From a virus (Duplodnaviria > Caudoviricetes), in the IMG/VR virus record IMGVR_UViG_3300042350_003801: a stretch of 64,000 nucleotides of DNA; one strand, written 5' to 3'. This document shows positions 29,001-41,600 of the stretch, in pieces. Each line of letters opens with the position of its first letter. Positions within the stretch are counted from its first letter, which is position 1. The notes under the pieces are model-generated. The model was not told where the DNA came from. It searched no databases and saw only the letters and a list, made by a program, of their open reading frames with translations. Position numbers and translations under genes: made by a program.

Positions 29001-31061
29001 TACCTTTTCTTTTGGTAATTCTGTATAAAGAGTATTATCTTGCGATTTTGTTAGTTGTGAAGAAAGTAAAACAAAATCCGATGGGTTAATTGCAGTTGAT
29101 GGCAGTCTACCCTCACAAATACCGGTAACGGTTGTTACACCAGTAATCGTTAATGTTTTAGAGCCAACGGTTGTAACTCTAGCATAATTGGTTGTAGAAA
29201 TTCCCGGAGTAGTGAAAGCGACAAGATTTCCAACTTTAACACTACCAATAAATGTATTGGTTGATCTAGTTACTGTCGACAGACCAGTCGACGGGTCAAA
29301 TGCAGTGATATTTACTTGGTTAATTTGAGTTGACGGATACTGTTTAACATCTGCAGTAAAAGTATAAGCAGCACCTACAACTCCATATACTGCCTTTACG
29401 TCATTTAAAGAGTATGATGTAACAGCAGTTGAAACTCTTGTATTTTCAATGCCGTTGAAAATTAACCGCTCTCCTGCTGCAAATGTTCCACGAATATCAT
29501 ATGCCGTAACAATGCCACTATTTCTTGAATCGTAACGTAGAAATCCTGTTGCTCCGCTAGATTTGCCAACAATTTGACAAGGTACATTATACTGAATGTC
29601 GTTATCTAAACTTTGATTTAATGTCAATTCGGTGTAGGATTGCACATCAAAAAGTGAAATATCCCATTCATTTAGATTGGAATTAGATGTAGTATATGAA
29701 CCAGATTCTAAGGCAAAGTCATAAACTCTGGCCAAACCAATCTCTTTTCCTGGGGGTGTTAGTTGAGAACTGCTAACTCTTGAATCTCTAAGGCTCAAAG
29801 TGTAATTTGTTCCAATTCCGATTGTGGGTGTTCCGTAAACTCGGTTTAAAGTAAGAGTTGAACCAGTATAATAAACAAGTTCTTGATTTTCAAGAAGTTT
29901 GGTTGTTCTTGGTTTTTTAAAATCAATAAATCTGGGGCTTACTGTCTTTGCTTCATAACCTTGAACGTAAGCCTTGAGTGGAGATACTTGATAAATACCC
30001 AAACTATCGCTTGGGGTATTACCATCATAAGTTACCTCTGATGCATCATAAACCCCGTTATTGCCAAGGAGATTATTTAAAGATTCACTAATTGATATAA
30101 CCGGAGAATTGACGTAATAGTTTCCAGATTCATCAAATGTTCTTCTTGCAAACTCCTGCTCTAAAACATTATAATTTACTACATCTTGAGTTGTTACTAA
30201 AACCCCTTTTCTAATTTCTAAAAGTTGAACAAAGTTACTGGGCTTCTCTTCTTCAGTAGAATATTTGGTTAGAATTAACTGAATAGAAAATCTATCTGCG
30301 CCCGGAGCAGCATAATTTGGGAAACCGCTGGCATTATCAACAAGTTCAATCTTATCATCAGAAGTAATAATAGTTTCGGAAACAAAAAATCCGACTTTAT
30401 ATGACGACGTGTTCGAGTACTGTTCTAAGAGTAAAATTTGCTTGTAAACGTTTACAAATGTGCCCCTAATAAAATAAACACCATCAGAAATGGTTACGGA
30501 AGATGCAATGGAATTACAATTGCTTGCAACAGTTGCGGCAATAGTTTCCCCGGCGGTAAAAACAACGATTTCCCCCGTGGAGAGGGTTTCAGTTGAAGAT
30601 GCCTCCAAAACGAGTTCTTCCCCATCTGAAAATAGTTCTCTTGTTCCAGTTGAAGTATCTGCGCCAATATATTTGATATAAAGAGAAGCATTTCCTCTTT
30701 CGGATTCAGTTTGGGTTTGAAAAAGAATTACAGTTGCTCTAATGCCACTGCTTTTACCTCTTATTGTCTTACCAACTAATAGTGGAATATATGTAGATAC
30801 ACTGATTCCATTATATGAGTTTTGTAGTTCTATTACTTGGAGGTCATTATCATAATCAATATTACCGGGAATTACTACTGACCCTTCTTTGAAAATATGA
30901 TTGCCAAATTGTTCTACCTGATTTTGCAGGATTGATTGCAGGTTATTTAACTCTCTTGCCTGAACTGGATTTGTAGGTTTAAATAATACCCGATAGTAAT
31001 TGTCAACGGTATTGAAATCGTCGTTATACGGAGTGATATTGAGATTTATTTCCTGCGGCAT
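26031..31061 (-). CDS. N-terminal part of DUF4815-type virion structural protein
   Basis: MPQEINLNITPYNDDF...VLFKP..PVQARELNNLQSILQNQVE, APGADR, GFFVDNFS; ends after a Pro-rich linker. Confidence 0.85.
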   Translation of the reverse strand: MPQEINLNITPYNDDFNTVDNYYRVLFKPTNPVQARELNNLQSILQNQVEQFGNHIFKEGSVVIPGNIDYDNDLQVIELQNSYNGISVSTYIPLLVGKTIRGKSSGIRATVILFQTQTESERGNASLYIKYIGADTSTGTRELFSDGEELVLEASSTETLSTGEIVVFTAGETIAATVASNCNSIASSVTISDGVYFIRGTFVNVYKQILLLEQYSNTSSYKVGFFVSETIITSDDKIELVDNASGFPNYAAPGADRFSIQLILTKYSTEEEKPSNFVQLLEIRKGVLVTTQDVVNYNVLEQEFARRTFDESGNYYVNSPVISISESLNNLLGNNGVYDASEVTYDGNTPSDSLGIYQVSPLKAYVQGYEAKTVSPRFIDFKKPRTTKLLENQELVYYTGSTLTLNRVYGTPTIGIGTNYTLSLRDSRVSSSQLTPPGKEIGLARVYDFALESGSYTTSNSNLNEWDISLFDVQSYTELTLNQSLDNDIQYNVPCQIVGKSSGATGFLRYDSRNSGIVTAYDIRGTFAAGERLIFNGIENTRVSTAVTSYSLNDVKAVYGVVGAAYTFTADVKQYPSTQINQVNITAFDPSTGLSTVTRSTNTFIGSVKVGNLVAFTTPGISTTNYARVTTVGSKTLTITGVTTVTGICEGRLPSTAINPSDFVLLSSQLTKSQDNTLYTELPKEKVNNVNVLGSNLIIRKQFDVNISANAVGPILSDTNETFLPFDEERYVLIREDGTTETLTSDRFAYGSGSSSITISGLGSNSKAKLIATLRKINVKEKVKYKNRIKTITIDKSKYSASGIGNTTLNDGLIYGNYPYGSRVQDAEICLLEPDVTKIYGVFESSTINPPSLPKVTLSSISGLTNKTGDLLVGETIIGSISKAVAIYVQSVNDLSINFVYLNSSSFIVNETIIFQDTGVTANVVSIDFGDSNITSNFTFEPGQKSSIYDYSKLMRKSNSKEPTREITIVFESADYLTSDVGDIVTVNSYSNFDYCDLPKVDGISVSDIIDVRPRVSPYTVSVNSRSPFEFLGRDFSNNSSNVKNILASDESINLDYSFYLPRIDKIFLSKAGELQLASGAPAELPNPPNQIEGSLEISTIYLPAYLCNPEDADIQLVSHKRYRMEDIKKLEDRISNLEYYTSLTLLENHTSNLFIPDSSGLNRFKSGFFVDNFSNTISQLKTTIVKNSIDLDTNELRPCSYTTALDLVIATNSIVGIGTVADSRIDLKYAADLISTNVKKTGHLLTIDYDEVVEFSQPYSTRVDNVASYRNNTFSGTIVIYPSSDVWADQVTVSTKTVSAANYSPSAAQLAAVSYDQQIGFNPVLWNAVSNIWEQGNTLLRSEVIPYLRSRNIEFTAKRLKPLSRLYSYFDGRAMDKFIVPKLVQILMTSGTFQVGETVIGINYSSGVRIVFRVAKSNHKYGPYNSPTVTYSNNPYYPNSVIPEDYSSTSTIINVDTYSLSNMVQGGFSGYIESGMVLKGQTTGAEAIISSDIKQIADSSGDVIGSLFIPDRNVKQNPSFESGTRVFRLTNSSTNSLIEGVATSFAEEKYYSSGRLNSIEQNIVRIEPPQSPPPPAPEPSPPEVTPSVPEAIGPAPEPVQTQDSRPWQDGDIVIRGGRNNISASAEGQRLVDSINAKNGTSFNVGQLLNAAGIRRLDSLSELQGMNAAARRLAGK

Positions 31062-31067
31062 TGGTGG

Positions 31068-32615
31068 TTAGAACTGCAAAATTACCTTGATGTCTTCTTT
31101 TTGATTGGTAGACCTAGTGAAAGATGGTCTGTTATCAATGTGAATAATGTCCCCGGAATATTTCTTTACTTCTGGATTTGATATTCCATTTGTAAAATAT
31201 TGACCCAGATAACTATTATTTATCGGGTTATAATCCCCGTTAAAAGTATTATTAATTGGAATAGTATTGCTTCCACAAACTAGATTTAAAGAACCACCAG
31301 TTGCTGGAGATGAAGTAAAACGGCTCAAATTTAGTCCATAAGTTGGTGAACTATTTTGGGTTCCGTTAGTATTAAACCCAACAAGTGAACGGTCTTGCCA
31401 ATACTTGAGCACATTATTGGTATAATCAAATGATGCTACTCTACCAACTGCAGTAACACCAGTTCCTATTGTTTGGGTAAATCTAGAATCTGTTGGAAAA
31501 GACGCAGCGGTTAGATTAGTTCCCGTTACCTTAATAGCATAAAGAGCACTGGCTCTATCCACACTCAATCTAGCTGAAGAGCCATAAGTTTCGGGATTCT
31601 TTACAATACCAACTCTTGCGGTTTGATTGCCAACGATAAAATCTGGATTTAAGGTATCATTCTCAAATCTAGAATAAAGAATAGCCTTTGTTGCACCCAG
31701 TTCTCTATAAATGTCATAACCATGCCCACCAAAAGGTGGAATTATTACATTGAAAATTGGTGTAGTAGAACCTGTGGGAACTCCACCTGCAACTAAATCA
31801 ACCGTTCCATATGTATAACCTGAACCTCCTTTAGTTACAGTAATAGAATCAACTTTTGTATCATTATTAATAACAATTGTCGCTTCTGCACCACTTCCAT
31901 CACCTCTAATTGGAACTTTAGTGTAAGTAGTATTGGGGGAACCTATTGAGACGCCTCTATTTGTAATGGTGATGATTTTTAATTGACCACTATTTAACGC
32001 ATTATTGCGAATAGAAGTATATTCTGAATTGGTTTCCCAGTCTGAAGGAACTGGGATATAATTTGTTGAGTCAAATTTGATAATATCACTTGGTTTGATA
32101 GTATAGAGATATTTCCAAATATAACCATCGCCACTCTCGCCAGCCTTCCTTGGCTCTAAATCGGTAAAAGTTGGCTCATTTAAAGATGGACGACCGCTCG
32201 GATTTTCGGGATCTGCACCGTTGAAAAGACAAATATAAACTTTGTAGTCTTGGTTTACGATAAAATAATTTGAAGAGTAAAGACTTGTTGCTCCCGAAGG
32301 TTTTGATGTATTGCTTCTAGTAATATCGTGGCGGTACATATCGTAGGTTGTACCGGAAGCCCAGGTTGTTTTCTTAACAATTTGTTTAGCATTAGAGATA
32401 GTCACCTTTTTCAGGGCAATCATCGTGTCCCAATAGTCATTTTCTTGATCAAAGCTGTCTTTAGGTGCTGGCGGTGAAGTATCCCAATCTGTTTGATAGT
32501 CCGTGGCATTGGGCAACCCGATAAAAGTGTAGTATGTATCCGTGCCAGCCGTAACAGTTTCAACAAACTTTTTGGCTTGAAAAATTCTAAGTTGGTCTGT
32601 AATTATCGCTGACAT
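31068..32615 (-). CDS. gp8: baseplate wedge subunit
   Basis: MSAIITDQLRI, VYICLFNG, GDGYIWKYLYTI, SGDIIHIDNR...QKEDIKVILQF. Confidence 0.9.
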   Translation of the reverse strand: MSAIITDQLRIFQAKKFVETVTAGTDTYYTFIGLPNATDYQTDWDTSPPAPKDSFDQENDYWDTMIALKKVTISNAKQIVKKTTWASGTTYDMYRHDITRSNTSKPSGATSLYSSNYFIVNQDYKVYICLFNGADPENPSGRPSLNEPTFTDLEPRKAGESGDGYIWKYLYTIKPSDIIKFDSTNYIPVPSDWETNSEYTSIRNNALNSGQLKIITITNRGVSIGSPNTTYTKVPIRGDGSGAEATIVINNDTKVDSITVTKGGSGYTYGTVDLVAGGVPTGSTTPIFNVIIPPFGGHGYDIYRELGATKAILYSRFENDTLNPDFIVGNQTARVGIVKNPETYGSSARLSVDRASALYAIKVTGTNLTAASFPTDSRFTQTIGTGVTAVGRVASFDYTNNVLKYWQDRSLVGFNTNGTQNSSPTYGLNLSRFTSSPATGGSLNLVCGSNTIPINNTFNGDYNPINNSYLGQYFTNGISNPEVKKYSGDIIHIDNRPSFTRSTNQKEDIKVILQF

Positions 32616-32633
32616 ATTAAACTTTTTAGTTAT

Positions 32634-35600
32634 TTAGGTGTAATTTTTATATTTGAGCGGATTTACCCTTTTCACTATAGGGGATGTACTTATTCCAGTT
32701 GTCCCATTATTATAAACTGTAAACTCATTTGAGGATGCTCTTTGGGGAACTGTGATTTTACCCCAACTATAAGTTCCGTAAATGCCAGTGAAACCGATAC
32801 CGGTAATGCCATTGTTAGTAATGCTTACAGTAACTTTAGAAACTGAAGTTATACCTATGCCGGTCACAAATGTTTGAGCAATTGAAACATCTGCAACTCT
32901 ATAAACATTATCTATGAAACTACTTCCAATTGAAATAATAGAGCTGGATTCATCTAAAGATGTGATTCCATTTCCAATGAAAGAATTATTCAGAACAAAA
33001 TAATAACCAGTCTGAATACCACTAATTGTAATAGCAGAACCGACAATACTGCTGTTTCTCAGTGCGGATTCTTGTGGTATGTAAAGATTGAATACCAAGC
33101 CAGTAGATGCAACTCCAACAGAAGTTGTAGCTATACCAGTAATTATCCCAAAATCCCCTTCAATTGTGCTCGCGGTTATGTTCTCAAAAGCACTAGAAGG
33201 ATTGCTAACCATTACTTGTGGCGGAAGTGATGCAGTATATCCTGCTCCCGGTGCAGTTACTGTTATCGCACTAATTGAACCGGATGTTATAGTTGCCGTT
33301 GCATACGCTCTGGAGGTAGTTGTTAAACCGATTGGAGTTGAAAAAGAAACCTCGGGGGAACTTGTATAACCTTTACCACCGTCTAGAATAGTAACAGACT
33401 GAATTGTGCCAGCAATAGAAACATTGGCGGTAGATATGGCAGGACGAATTTCGTCTTGTGTAATAATCTTAAATTTGTTTCTATAATCCGCTACGGAGTT
33501 CTCGCGCTGATCATCAAAGAATGTTCTAAGATTCTCAACAAAAATTACAGTAGAGGTAATACCAATTGTTTTAATGATATTAGTTGAAGGTTCAATAATT
33601 GGTTCATAAATTTCTCTATTTTTTGGAACTTCTTTTTGGTCAATGAATATGTCCTCGGTTTGTCTGCACCATTTTACCGGGCGGGTGTATGTTTCATCAC
33701 TTGAAACCCCTGGACCATTATAAGAAATAGTATTAACAGAATCTGAAGAATTGACGCTGGATACAACTCTTTCATTTTCTGAATACCCAAAATCGTCATT
33801 CAATTTAATAATATCCCCTGGTTTTATTGTATCTAAAACATCAACATCTATTACATCAACGGACCCCGTGCCCCGATAAAAAAGAACAACACAAGAATAG
33901 CCTTCTTTTGGTGCCTCAGTAAATGTGATGAAACTACTACCGGTAAATTTATAGCCTTCTCCTGGAATTTGAAGAATACCATTTACGAAGATTAAGAGTG
34001 TGGATTCAATATCAATTGGTGAACCGTAACGAGCCCTAATACTCTTAAGTTCATTATCAATTTTGACTGGGAATGATTTTCTTATTCCATTGAATAGATT
34101 TTCAATTGAATCAATAATTTGAAGTTCCCCGAATGTCCAACCGGCAAACTTATTATTGTAAATTTCATCAACAGATAATTTAAAAGTGCTATATGACGGC
34201 GAAGTAATAGTGGGAATACCAACTGTGCCGCCTAAACTTACAGTTAAAACGTCGCCTTTTTTATAACCAAATCCCCGATTTGTTACCTCAAGGTTAATAA
34301 CACTTGAACCTAAACCAACACTAACCTTAACTTTGCCTCCAGTTCCAACACCAGAAGATGGTGACATATATTGAAGAGGTAAATCTACATATGGAAGAGG
34401 GTCGTCAAATTTAACAATAGGCGGATTTGTTGAAGTATAACCAGTACCAGGATTCGTTATGGCAACAGAAACAACTTGACCATTTAAAATTGAGGCAATA
34501 CCAATATATTGAACTGTTGATATACCAGTAGTAGAAACATAAAGCCCGACATTTACAGACTGGAGACCCGACCTGTAGCCGGAACCATTATTTCCGATAC
34601 TAATTGATCCGATGGTTCCGGCAGTAGAAACAACTGCTGTTCCCCCCGCCGCTACAAGTGGTTGAAGGCCAAACCCCTGTGAATACCCCACGGCAACAAT
34701 AACTCCGCCAACAGGTAGCCCAGAGCCATTTACGTCATACGTCTGCGTTGCCGGGGCCCCTAGGAACCTAATAGAGGTGATTCCAAGTGTCTCCTCTAGA
34801 GCGTAACTTCCATAAGTTCTATATGAACCGGTAAAATCTGATGGTGATTGGAAAACTTCATTAATAAGTATTGCCCCGTTATTCTGAGAAAACCCGGCAA
34901 CATTTTGGAAATTAGATTTTATAGTAAAGGAAGAAGTTATTCCATTAAAGTTACTTGAGATATCATCAAATAAAAAGTTTGTTGAATAGGCATCAACATT
35001 GGAATTTTTTGCTCCACTTCGCATAAATACCCGACCATTGAAATTCAAAGTTGATGTAATCCCAACAAAGTCAACATCTTCGCCGGAACCAGTTGTAGTG
35101 CCGATTGGAGATGGACCTTTTGGTGGGTCAACAAAATGAATAGTGCTATCAATAATATTGTAATCACCTTGAACTTTATATACTATTGAATTTACAGAAT
35201 GAGTAGCAATTCCTGTGCCAGCCCACCCACGCTGAACGGAAACATCATTTGTTGTAGCAATGCCAACTGTTACTACTTTTATGATTTCACTGTCAATCTT
35301 TGCAAAATCACCACTGCTGAAGTTTGCAATACTTGAGAATGAAATAACTGTAGAGCCTATACCAACATAAGAAGAGGTTTTAGTGGAAGAGGCAGTTGAA
35401 ACAACCGGTGATTGTATAATGCCTCCTAATGAAATAAGTGCCCTAGTGTTCTGGGAAGTTGCAGTCAAAGTATGAGTCAGACCTGCTCCAACATTTGTCA
35501 AAACCAGAGGAACTGGAATATCTTTAAGAGCAGATTCTGCAGATGTTGAAAGACCAATGGTTGATTCGCTGTATTTTATTACATATACTGTTGAGGGGAG

Positions 35601-38600
35601 TTTATCTGTTGAACCAATTCCACTAATTGATGTAGTTTTGATACCAATTGGTAAAACATCATAAGAGTATGTAAGTTTTTCACCGTTTGTAAAAAAGTGA
35701 TTTTCTAACTGCAAGAAATTTGATGTTATATTTACTACAGTTGAACTGCTGCCAACAAAATTTCTATTGAAAATTGGATTGGTATTATATTTTAAGTCAA
35801 ATTGTCTAGTAATACCATCAAAACTTGGGCTAATATTATCAATAGTTAAAACCCTATTGCCAACTGTTTCCGCATAATCTTGAAGTATTTTATTACCAAA
35901 ATAAACTTGGTTTGAACCCAGGTTTGAATCTATTAGATAATTGTTTTCGGTAACAAGGTCATAATCTTCATTGCAATTTAAATCAACTTCGGAGTCGTTA
36001 AAAATTATGATACTAGTTAATGACTCGGTTTCGGAAGAACCGATTCCGATTAGGTCTTCAGATTCAACCACAAGGTCACTAAATTTCTTGAAGCCCGCAA
36101 TGTGATTTAGACCGCTAACCGCATTATCCCAAGTTTGATAATCAACTTTTGATTTTAACGAATATGCAAAAGAGTTATAATAATTATTGTCTTGAATCCT
36201 TTGAAACTCGTTATCGAGGAAACCCTTCTCAGTAATCCAACCCTTTTTAACTATGGAAGAAGACTTAATATTGTAGCGAGATTCAAAATCATATATCGCT
36301 GAAATCCTACCCCGAGAACGAGAATCTGAACCAACGATCATTAATCCCGATGTAAATTGATCTGTTGTGGATAATGTCAAGAGTTCATTATCACTATTCC
36401 AAAACTGCACAATTCCTTCTAGACCATCTGCCAATACAACTTCACCTATTAAAAATAAATTCTTAGAAAGTTCTGTGGTAAATTGCGGGAAGAACTTTTC
36501 CGGCACTACCGAACCAGAAGAAACTGTAGTATTGTAAACTCCAGGATATTCGGTGAAACTTAATTTGTTGGCAAGATTATATGTTATGGAGCCATTAGAG
36601 CCGCCGATATTTGGGTTAATGTTGGTAACAGTAAATCTGGAGTAATCATAAGAAGATGAATTATACCCCTTGGCCGAAGCATCGGTTACAATTGATACAC
36701 TTTCAACTAAAACTTTATCCCCAACGGCAAAGGGAAAATCTTCAATATTACTATAACTTGAAGTGAGGACTAGGGTGACATCTTTAGTCGTATCGTTGAA
36801 AGAAATTGAGTTAATACCAATTGCATTTGAGTTATTTGTTGGTATAATAATAGGCTGAACGTTATTAATACCTTTGCTGTTTTTAATAATTTGAACTTCA
36901 GAATCGCCAAGCTGATATCTTAAATCAACATCTGGAACTCGCTTTAAAGTTAGACCATCTAATAAGACTAAAGTTGGAGCAAAAATATAATTTTTTCCTG
37001 GTGAAATAATAGAAATTGTTTTTAATGAGGTCTGAGGAACAACTCTAAGAACTACTGGGGGTTGAGTTGATGGTGTAAGGGTTAAATCTGCCGGGTAATC
37101 AAATCCAATGTTATTATTATTAACTCTTTTTATTGCACCAATAGACCTACTAATTACCTCAAAAATTGCGTTCTTTCCTTGGTCGGTTATAACTGAACTA
37201 ATTCCCGGTAAGAATTTATAGTTGCTCCCACCTGAAGTAACTCGTATAGTGTTAATGGGACCGGTTGCGGTTTTAGATGTCGTAGTGTATGTTACGTTAT
37301 TGGTATAGCCGCCAACTTCTGGGATTGCACTGATAACATATGTAAATGCGGTTGAACCAACGCCGCTAATTGAATGCGTTCCAGAATACCCGCTATCAAC
37401 ATAATTGAGAGTATTATATTTTGTATTATTTTCTGTGTCAATAATAACTTGCTTATTTTTTATAGGAGTTAACTTATAATATAACTGATTTGGAAGAGTT
37501 TCATCATAGTTTAAAGTTACTAAAGCATTTAAATCTACACCGATAAGTCCAGATTTAATTACATTGAAATTGGTCCCATTAAAAGTAGTTTCAAATTTAT
37601 TGATAAACTGCTTATCACTGTAAAAATCAAAATCAAAAGCTGGAACTGATTGAAACCCTTCGGTTTCAGCCAAACTCTGGTCCGAAAGGTCAAAAACTGT
37701 GGAATTATTTTTTACAACAATTATGCTAGGATTCACTTCAGAAATTGTGCCATATGAAGCATTGGAAAGCGAAATAATATTTGGCACACTTAGAGTTGCA
37801 TCATAATACGAAGCAGATAAACTTATTGTATTAGAATTTAATACAACGACATAATAAATTGTATTATTACTTAATCCTGTAGTTGAAATTAATGAAGTGT
37901 GAAGAACCTTTTGTCCAGTAAAATAGTTATGACTAGGAATTTGGATTGTTTCATTTAATACATTAACATCAGCTCCAACAAAATCCCTCGGATTTGCGAG
38001 CAACCTTTGAGTGGGTTGATTATATACAATTTTGATGGTTTTTGTTGAATTTGGCGTGGCTGAAACGGTAACTAAATCACCAACACTAAGTTCTGAATTA
38101 GTGGCCGAGAAAATTGATACCAAATTCTTGTCTACTTGGCCAATAGATGAATTATATGAAGTTACAATACTATGTTTTTTACCTGTTCCATTAACATTAA
38201 AGTAAAGAATCTTTGCGGCACTCGTGGTATTATAGCCAACAAAGTTTCCAGTAGAACCAACCCCAACCTTTTCTGTGGATAACCCAACAAAATCATTTGA
38301 ATATTTAACGGCATAAACTGTAGTATTATCGCTCAATAAAGATGTGGTGATACCATTCGTTGATATGGTAATTTCAGTGCCACCATTTATTTTGTAGGTT
38401 AACTTTTCGCCAGTTTTTAGATTGTGTTCTGGAATGTAGATTGATTTTGTTGGAACGAAAACACTAGTGGGACCAACACCTGGACTAGAAAATGTTATCG
38501 TGCTCCCTGGGCCGATACCAATAGATTCGGATGGGTTAAAATAAAGTTCCCTATTGCGATAAGAATTGTTGAAGTCTTGAATCTCTGCATTAACAGAGAA

Positions 38601-41600
38601 TTTTCTTGGGACTTCCCTTATTGTTGCGCCAACAGTGTGATAAGTTCCGGCAGTGCCCCCATAGGCTCGCTCAACAAAAAGTCTTGATGATTGTTTATCA
38701 ATGTTTAGGACTTTTACCTTTTCGCTGTCAATTTGTAAAATATCATTTTCTCTGATATATGGAAAATCTAAGTTTCCGTATAGATTGATATAAGTTACAA
38801 TTCCAGTAATACCAGAGACATTAATATCCGTGTTTAATGTATACTTTTGACTTGAGACTGATGCCCTAAAAGATTTCTGTAAATTGAATTTATTGTAATT
38901 TAAATTTTTGACGGAGATGATATCCCCATTTTCAATGCTGTGGGGTAGACTACTAAACCCGATTACACCGTATGTTGAATTCGGGATAAACTCTACATTG
39001 AAAACTGTTGTTGAACCCACACTGATGCCATTAACTTCCTTTCCTTTAATGGAAGAAACTTCTGCTGATGCATTGATACCGCCTGAAGTTTTGCTATCAA
39101 AAATTAACTTATCTCTAACTTTATAACCGTTTCCTCCTGCTGGGATCAAAACATCTTCAACTGACCCAGTTAGGGTGCTGGTTACCGTAGAGGTTTGGTT
39201 ATATGTGCTAAATGGAGATAGAAGATATTTATAAAAACTACTTTCAGACTTTAACTTAAACGGACTTGTATTTCTTAGCCACCCGGTTTTATTTAAATCT
39301 AATGCATCTTGTTTTGAATAATAATCAAAGTTAAAGGAAATGGGTTTAGATTTATAGGATTCGCCGATAAGATAAGGAAACACTGGTTTAAAATAATTTT
39401 TAAACTGGCCAGTGCTTTCAACTCCTTGGTCTGAAATTGTGGCAAAATATGCATAAGTTCCATTGGGAAAATCTGGAGTGATGCAATACCTGCCATTATG
39501 TTCATCCAGGTCGCCAGAATTATTAAATTCATAGTCCTCAACAAAAATACCAGCAGGATAAAGTGATGCACTTGGGCGACCTCCCTTAAGTTCTAACCCA
39601 TAACTACTCTGTAGTATTTTTACTGCTCCAGATGTTTTGTATTCATAACCATAAGGACCGTAAATTGGATTCCCATCATAAGCCCATCCGATAATCGGAG
39701 AGTGTGAATCTGAAGTGGTTTCTCTATTAAAAGAATCTAGAATTAAGTCTGGACGATAGGTTAAATTATTTGATACATATTTGCTGCTTTGCAACATTTG
39801 CCGCAATTTTCTAGGAGCATACCCGTGAACATACTCCAAACCTAAATCTGAGCGAGTTCCCCTTGTTATGATACCATCATCAACTGTAATTTGATTAGTC
39901 TGTATTAAACGTTCAATCCAGTTAATATTCCAAGATTTTGTATTGGTTCTCAACTCTGCACTTGAACCCGCCGCAACTACGGTTAGTGTTATATTTTTTT
40001 GCTCATAACCATATCCCGGATTAATAATATTAACACTTTCCAATTCACCGTTGGTAATAATTGGAGTTAATACTGCACCATTACCGGTTCCACTAATTGT
40101 AATATCTGGGGGAGAATTATATCCTGAACCTGGATTAATAATAAGAACTTCGGCAATTTTTCCATTTGATATAATTGCTTGTATTATAGCATCTTTTCCG
40201 CTATTAATAATGATGTTTGGCTGGCGATTATAATTAATAATATCCTCTTGTCCATAATTTTGGCCGCCATCTTCCACAAAAACATTATTAATCTTTCCCC
40301 TGAAAATTGGCTGTATATTTATTTCTAAAATGCTCTCGGATGTTAATGTAACCTTAATCGGCTCGTAATTAAAAATATGTTGTCCAGAGCCGGATGAAGT
40401 GAAATCAATATATTGATGAGTCTTCAAATAAAAGTCTTTACTTGTTGATACCCCAACTGTCGCAACTTGTGAAAGTTTGAAGTTATTTTCATCAATTTCA
40501 GTGACATAATAAGAAATATTAGTTTGTATGCCGACAATTGGTGTTTGAGTGTAAGACTCATAAACGACAAGTTCTCCAGTTTTAAAACTATGCCCATTGA
40601 AATTAATGGCATCTGATGCAATATTAATTGCAGAAGAGTCAACAGAAATTCTACGATTTGTATAACCTTCACCTGGCTCAGTTATCGTAAAAGAAGAAAT
40701 CTTTGATTTTGCTTCATATGATACCAACTTGTGAATACCGAATCCCGTTACGCTAAGACTTATTGCATTTAAATTTGAAACTGAATCTTCATAAGTTTTA
40801 TATAGTTTAACCTCATTTAGGCTTACTGCCGAAATGTAGTATTCCGAATCTGTTGTAATTCCTGTTACATAAGAATAACCATCTGGGACGAATAGCACCT
40901 TTTCGTAATTAGAAAAACTGTGATAAGTTGCAAATCCAATGATATTACTAGAAATATTTCCAGTATTGAATGATGCAGAGTGTTCAAAAAGACCAACTTC
41001 GGGTTTTGCCTTTGCTCCCACACCGTTGCCGCCGGTTATCGTTATTGACGGTTCTCCTTTAACAATTAAATTTGAATTAAGCAGTCTAATCTCTTTAAGT
41101 TCCCCAACAATTTCTGGGGTTACTCTTGCCCCATAACCTTGCTCATCTGTAATTTGAATTAAAGGTGGATTAATAATATCATAATTATCACCAGGAGACA
41201 CTACATCAACAGATTCTATTGGTCCATAAAAAACAGAATTTTGGGACTTATAATTTAAAATTTCAACACCATTTAAAAGAATACCAGTGTTGCCAATTGG
41301 TGTTGGCTCAATAATCTTTCTATCTAACGGCTGTGAAATCTTCCTAATTAACTTTTGATTAGTTAAAATTTTACCGGCAAAATCATTGTGTTCTAAAGTA
41401 TTATTAGTTACCGTGCCAGAAACAGATAAATAGATTCCGGCCCGGAGATTGGACCGACTGGTTGCCAATGAAAAAGAGTTATTGTCTACTTTTTTAATAT
41501 AATAAGTTCCCTTCGATATGCCCAGATTACTAGTAGAAGGATAGTCATATAAAACAACATCACCCGATAAAAAGCCGTGATTTGTATAATTTAAAATTTC